From Candidatus Krumholzibacteriota bacterium (GTDB lineage: Bacteria; Krumholzibacteriota; Krumholzibacteriia; LZORAL124-64-63), in the NCBI GenBank assembly GCA_039714075.1, contig JBDLKA010000038.1, positions 1-29,434 on the forward strand: a stretch of DNA of 29,434 nt, given 5' to 3'. A model generated the notes under the pieces. The model did no database searches. It was given only the letters and a program-made list of their open reading frames with translations, and was not told the origin of the DNA. Positions 25,680 through 29,434 of this stretch are shown here, piece after piece. The first letter of the stretch is position 1, and every line of letters starts with the position of its first letter. A program made the position numbers and the translations under genes.

Positions 25680-25892
25680 TCAAACGAAGTTCGGCAGGTG
25701 TTCCAGGATGTCGCCGGGCTGGCAATCCAGTTCCCGGCAGATGGCGTCCATGGTGCTGAACCTCATGCCCTTGACCTTGCCAGTCTTCAGCAGGCTGAGG
25801 TTGGTCACCGAGATGCCGATCCGATCGGACAACTCGGTCAGAGTCATCTTTCTTTTCACCAGCATCAGGTCGAGATTCACTTGAATAGCCAT
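25680..25892 (-). CDS. Cro/C1-type (XRE, YozG-like) helix-turn-helix transcriptional regulator, 70 aa
   Basis: MAIQVNLDLMLVKRKMTLTELSDRIGISVTNLSLLKTGKVKGMRFSTMDAICRELDCQPGDILE matches the YozG/HTH_26 pattern. Start ATG 25892. Confidence 0.93.
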   Translation of the reverse strand: MAIQVNLDLMLVKRKMTLTELSDRIGISVTNLSLLKTGKVKGMRFSTMDAICRELDCQPGDILEHLPNFV

Positions 25893-25898
25893 GTCCAC

Positions 25899-25927
25899 AG
25901 AATACTGGGGCTTATTATGTTTGTCAA
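25899..25927 (-). promoter_or_regulatory. Near-consensus sigma70 promoter, probably producing a leaderless mRNA
   Basis: Minus strand reads TTGACA-17 nt-TATTCT-gtggac-ATG. Confidence 0.8.
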
Positions 25928-25983
25928 TGATGTTTTTATGTAAAACGAAAAATTCTTTAACTTAAACATCAAAATCCGGGTTG

Positions 25984-27258
25984 TCAGGCTCGCCGCGTCA
26001 AAGCCTCCAGATACCGCGACTTCATCTGTTTGCCGGCCAGCGCCCGCTTGACCGGAGGCAACTTCAGGACCGCACCCAACAGCGCCGCCAGGGCCCGGTG
26101 GCTGGCCATGACCTGGTTGTCGAAAATCAGGTTCTGCAGCTTGCCTCTCTCGGTCGCCATCAGGACATAGCGATGGGCCGCGTTGACCGGCGTAATGACC
26201 CGGGCCGCCCGCGGGGCCATGCGAATGCTTTCCTGCCCGCAGGCCCGGACGCACACCCCGCAGCCCAGGCAGACATCCGCCTCCAGGCGGGCGGCTTTCT
26301 TCTTCGGCCGGACCGGCTCATTGGCCGACACCAGGGACAGCGCCTCCACCGGACACGCCTCCACGCACTTGCCGCAACCGGTGCAGTCGGTGACATCGAC
26401 CTCGGCAAGGTAGTTGCTGGTATGGATGGGGTGAAGGTGGGCGAACCGCCGGGCGGCGATCATCGCTTCGCAGCAGCAGCCGCAGCAGTTGCAGATGAAA
26501 CTCACCCGCCGCTGGACGTTTTCCCCGAACTGGACCAGACCATGCCCGCAGGCTTCATCCAGCAGGTCCAGGCACTCGGCGGCCTCGATCTTCCGGACGT
26601 GGCCGTGCTTGATCAGCGATTCGGCCGACCCGTTGAAGGTCATGCAGATGTCCAGGGGCGCGTCGCAGGCGCGGTCCAGGTGCTGCATCTTGTGCCGGCA
26701 GTAACACATCCCCACGCCGATATGGCTGGCGGTGTTGATGACCTCGGTGGCCCGCTCGTAATCCAGGACATGGGCCGCCTGATCGCTGCTCAAAACCGGT
26801 TCCTGCACGAACACCCGGCCGAGCTGGGTTTCCCCCTCGGTGAACAGGGCCTTGACGAAGTCCTCTTCCACGTTGAGGTACTGATGGAACAGTTCGCTGA
26901 GGGCCTTCTGATCCAGGTCGCCGCGCGTGCGCATCAGGGAAAATTCGAAAAATCCCGCCATGGGCGGGGGCAGGGCGTATATCGATTCGCCCCGGCGCTC
27001 GATGTCCACCAGCAGGGCGCGTCCGGCAAGTTCCTCGAGGATGGCCCGCGCCCGCGCAGGCGGCAGCTTCCAGGCTTTGGCCGCTTTTTCCGCGGTGAAC
27101 GGTTTGATGGGCAGAAGGGAAAGCAGGGAGGCTTCGCGCTCGTTCATGAGCAGGGCCAGGATCCGGTTGAGCAGCCTGGACGGCGGCGCGCCCTGGGGGA
27201 AGCGGTTCAGGCGATCCACCAGCTGATCATAACCGGATTTGACTGTGCGATGCGCCAT
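25984..27258 (-). CDS. 4Fe-4S dicluster (ferredoxin-type) iron-sulfur protein, 424 aa
   Basis: CTGCGKCVEACP and CLGCGVCVRACG, plus Cys-rich CYCRH and ICNCCGCCC segments. Confidence 0.88.
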   Translation of the reverse strand: MAHRTVKSGYDQLVDRLNRFPQGAPPSRLLNRILALLMNEREASLLSLLPIKPFTAEKAAKAWKLPPARARAILEELAGRALLVDIERRGESIYALPPPMAGFFEFSLMRTRGDLDQKALSELFHQYLNVEEDFVKALFTEGETQLGRVFVQEPVLSSDQAAHVLDYERATEVINTASHIGVGMCYCRHKMQHLDRACDAPLDICMTFNGSAESLIKHGHVRKIEAAECLDLLDEACGHGLVQFGENVQRRVSFICNCCGCCCEAMIAARRFAHLHPIHTSNYLAEVDVTDCTGCGKCVEACPVEALSLVSANEPVRPKKKAARLEADVCLGCGVCVRACGQESIRMAPRAARVITPVNAAHRYVLMATERGKLQNLIFDNQVMASHRALAALLGAVLKLPPVKRALAGKQMKSRYLEALTRRA

Positions 27259-27278
27259 GATTTCCCCGGGAAAAAAGC

Positions 27279-28256
27279 CTAGAAGAAAATGCTGGCCTCT
27301 ATGTTCAGCTTGTATTCCCCGACATGCTTGAACAAATCATTTTCGTAATTTTCGAAGGTTTTGTCCACGGCCAACCGGCCACCCACCGTGAAATTGATCC
27401 CCAGGTGAACAGATTCGGTCTGCAGAAGGGAAGTGCCCAAGCCGACGTAGGGCGTGAAGACCATCAACCCGTCCCTGGAAATCTTTTCCGGGGTTCCGTC
27501 TTCCGCCCTGGCATCCAGCGCGGTGTTGTAGGACCAGTACAGGGCCCCGACACGCAAACCCACCAGCATGTACATTCCCAGCAGGGTGTGATCCGGCGTG
27601 AAATAACCCCGGCTGCCGACATCGATGCCCGCTTCGGATATCCAGCGCAGGCCGTCTTTGACATCAGCCTGGCTGCCGGCCTTTCCCCGCCCGTAATAGA
27701 CCCCGGCGTGGGCCCGGTAGCGTGGTGCGGTGTACCCGGAATACATGAGGGTGTAGTTGGAAAAACTCCGGATGGCATCGCCGGCGAGCAGGGACCGGGA
27801 ATACCAGAAATTCAGGTTGCCCCGCGTGATGTCCAGGCCGCCCCCGTCATCATCGTAGGATTCCCCGTTGTCGCTCCAGGTCCGGTTCCCCGTTCCACTG
27901 TAATCGGTCAGATAGGTGCTGGTGGCGACTGCGGGTTCCTCCTCGTCGTCATCCCCGGAAAAAAGGCTCAGGATCAGTCCGACCAGGAATGAGTCACCTT
28001 CGTCCGAATCCTCTTCATAATATTCATCGCCGTAATCCGAGGTGTAGGTATCGTTCTTGGTTCGCGTCCGGCCCTGGCCCCGGCCCTTGGCCTCTTCCTT
28101 GCCGGTCGACTCTCCCATGGCATCCGAAAGTTTGCCCCGGCTGCGGCTGCCGCTGCTACTGCTGCCGCCGCTGCCGGTGGCACAACCCGTCAGGCCCACC
28201 AGGATGGCCAGTCCCAAAACCAGGGCCAGAATCCAAATACTTTTTTGGAATAACAT
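27279..28256 (-). CDS. Hypothetical lipoprotein with a probable C-terminal outer-membrane beta-barrel, 325 aa
   Basis: Lipobox LTG-C at about residue 25, Gly/Ser linker, basic then acidic tracts, alternating amphipathic strands and a terminal YKLNIEASIFF. GGAGG RBS. Confidence 0.7.
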   Translation of the reverse strand: MLFQKSIWILALVLGLAILVGLTGCATGSGGSSSSGSRSRGKLSDAMGESTGKEEAKGRGQGRTRTKNDTYTSDYGDEYYEEDSDEGDSFLVGLILSLFSGDDDEEEPAVATSTYLTDYSGTGNRTWSDNGESYDDDGGGLDITRGNLNFWYSRSLLAGDAIRSFSNYTLMYSGYTAPRYRAHAGVYYGRGKAGSQADVKDGLRWISEAGIDVGSRGYFTPDHTLLGMYMLVGLRVGALYWSYNTALDARAEDGTPEKISRDGLMVFTPYVGLGTSLLQTESVHLGINFTVGGRLAVDKTFENYENDLFKHVGEYKLNIEASIFF

Positions 28257-28292
28257 TTCCTCCCTCCGATCTTCTGTTTCACCCCCGGTTCA

Positions 28293-29150
28293 TCACAGCT
28301 TGATTCCGATGCTGAGACTGTAGGAGGGGTTCATACCACTGTCCTTGAGATCACTGTCCAGGGGAAACCGGACTTGGAATCCCGGCATGTACTGTCCAAA
28401 GGAATAATTCGCAAAAAACCCGAACTGATGGAGAGAGCGGTTTCCGAAACCGCTGGCATCACCCGTGGTAATGACCCGGCCGCTGAATCCCCCTCCCACT
28501 CCGACTTTCCCCTCTTCATACCAGGCCTGGGCACTGTAGAGGGCGAAAATATCATTGTTTCTACTCCCACCGGTGTTATTCAGGTACAACCAGAAAACCG
28601 GTACCAATCGAATGCGCATGGCGAATCCGGACCTGGATTTGTAATTGTAATTTGCGCCGAAATAGATTGGCAGGAGTTCATCGGCAAAGGCCTCCATTCT
28701 TTCCACCGGGTCGGTGGCCGTTCCTATTGCGGAGGCGGTATTGAAATCAGCCAACACCGGAATGCGAATTCCGGCTTCCCCTTTGAATCCGTTGTCTGAT
28801 TTTCCGAATTCCAGGCCCAGGTACGGGTTGCCGATACTGTTTTCTCCCTGGGAGGGCTGAACATTATTACCGAGGTAAGGATCATAGTATTCGTCTCTTT
28901 TGAAATAGGAAAAAGGAACTTCGGCCCTGACCTGTAAATCCTCTCCCACCTTGATCCGACTCGACAGAAAAAGTGTAAATGAGGTGTTGGTGAGGTTGAG
29001 GCCGGCGAAATTCGGCCTGAGGGCTTCCAATTGAACGGCAGCCCCGCTGTTCGGCTCCAGGAAAATGGATTGGGCCCGCGCCGATTCCGTTTCCAGGATG
29101 AGTCCGGAAAAACCGATCAACAAGATGGCCGAAAAAATCAATCTCTTCAT
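28293..29150 (-). CDS. Hypothetical exported protein, probable outer-membrane beta-barrel, 285 aa
   Basis: Signal peptide ending ARA. Amphipathic strands LQVRAEVPFSY, IGNPYLGLEF, FGANYNY and terminal YSLSIGIKL. Confidence 0.7.
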   Translation of the reverse strand: MKRLIFSAILLIGFSGLILETESARAQSIFLEPNSGAAVQLEALRPNFAGLNLTNTSFTLFLSSRIKVGEDLQVRAEVPFSYFKRDEYYDPYLGNNVQPSQGENSIGNPYLGLEFGKSDNGFKGEAGIRIPVLADFNTASAIGTATDPVERMEAFADELLPIYFGANYNYKSRSGFAMRIRLVPVFWLYLNNTGGSRNNDIFALYSAQAWYEEGKVGVGGGFSGRVITTGDASGFGNRSLHQFGFFANYSFGQYMPGFQVRFPLDSDLKDSGMNPSYSLSIGIKL

Positions 29151-29198
29151 TGCGATCCCCTTTGAAAGAACAACTGTAAATCAATAAAACCGTACGCG

Positions 29199-29214
29199 GC
29201 AATTTGGGTACCGG
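29199..29214 (-). promoter_or_regulatory. Putative sigma54-like (-24/-12) element upstream of the beta-barrel genes
   Basis: Minus strand CCGGTACCCAAATTGC gives GG-N10-GC with TTGC, about 50 nt before the ATG at 29150. Confidence 0.4.
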
Positions 29215-29434
29215 TTGCCTGGATTTCATTAAGTTGTCATTTTTCAAGGGGTTTGACAACTCGCATTATTTCGATGGCACTTCCGGTTGTATGGTCCCAC
29301 AGACAAACCGTCCGGGATCGGACACAACGCCAGCGGCTCAGGCCCATCCCTTCAGGAAATATCCTGTCCGATTGACTTGATTATCCACCTCGGGTAAAAA
29401 TCGGGACCGAATCAGAATCCATTCCAGTCCAGGC

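Noticed and set aside
29275..29290. Plus-strand TGGCAC as a sigma54 promoter
   Set aside because: Spacing to TTG is off by one and the -12 GC is missing.

Overview
GC-rich bacterial DNA. The FlgD-Ig/T9SS-like C-terminal domains, a PorV-family barrel and C-terminal 'SWGSVKAL' tails suggest an FCB-group candidate lineage such as Krumholzibacteriota, Latescibacterota or Eisenbacteria (inference only). Left: the end of a sodium:solute symporter, a secreted GH31 glucosidase and a divergent Ser/Thr kinase with TolB-like propellers. Centre (5703-16721): a tightly packed 8-gene operon. It encodes a 1003-aa multi-Ig surface protein with a T9SS-like CTD, a PorV-family barrel fused to an FlgD-Ig domain, a 1045-aa exported TPR protein, ExbB, two different ExbDs, TonB and an FlgD-Ig/OmpA-like protein. 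There is no TonB-dependent receptor. This is the best candidate for an undescribed system: a TonB/ExbBD-energised, T9SS-related export or surface-display machine. Its 500-bp upstream region carries a sigma54-like element, an inverted repeat and five GGAA motifs at exact 10-bp spacing. Right: a CTD-bearing endonuclease I and M1 aminopeptidase, two paralogous secreted proteins ending in SWGSVKAL, CDGSH plus NagX-like genes, a DUF1028 protein, a probably leaderless HTH regulator with a small membrane protein, a 4Fe-4S protein and two unknown outer-membrane proteins. No rRNA, tRNA, CRISPR array or mobile element was seen. All family assignments come from motif recognition by eye, not database searches.
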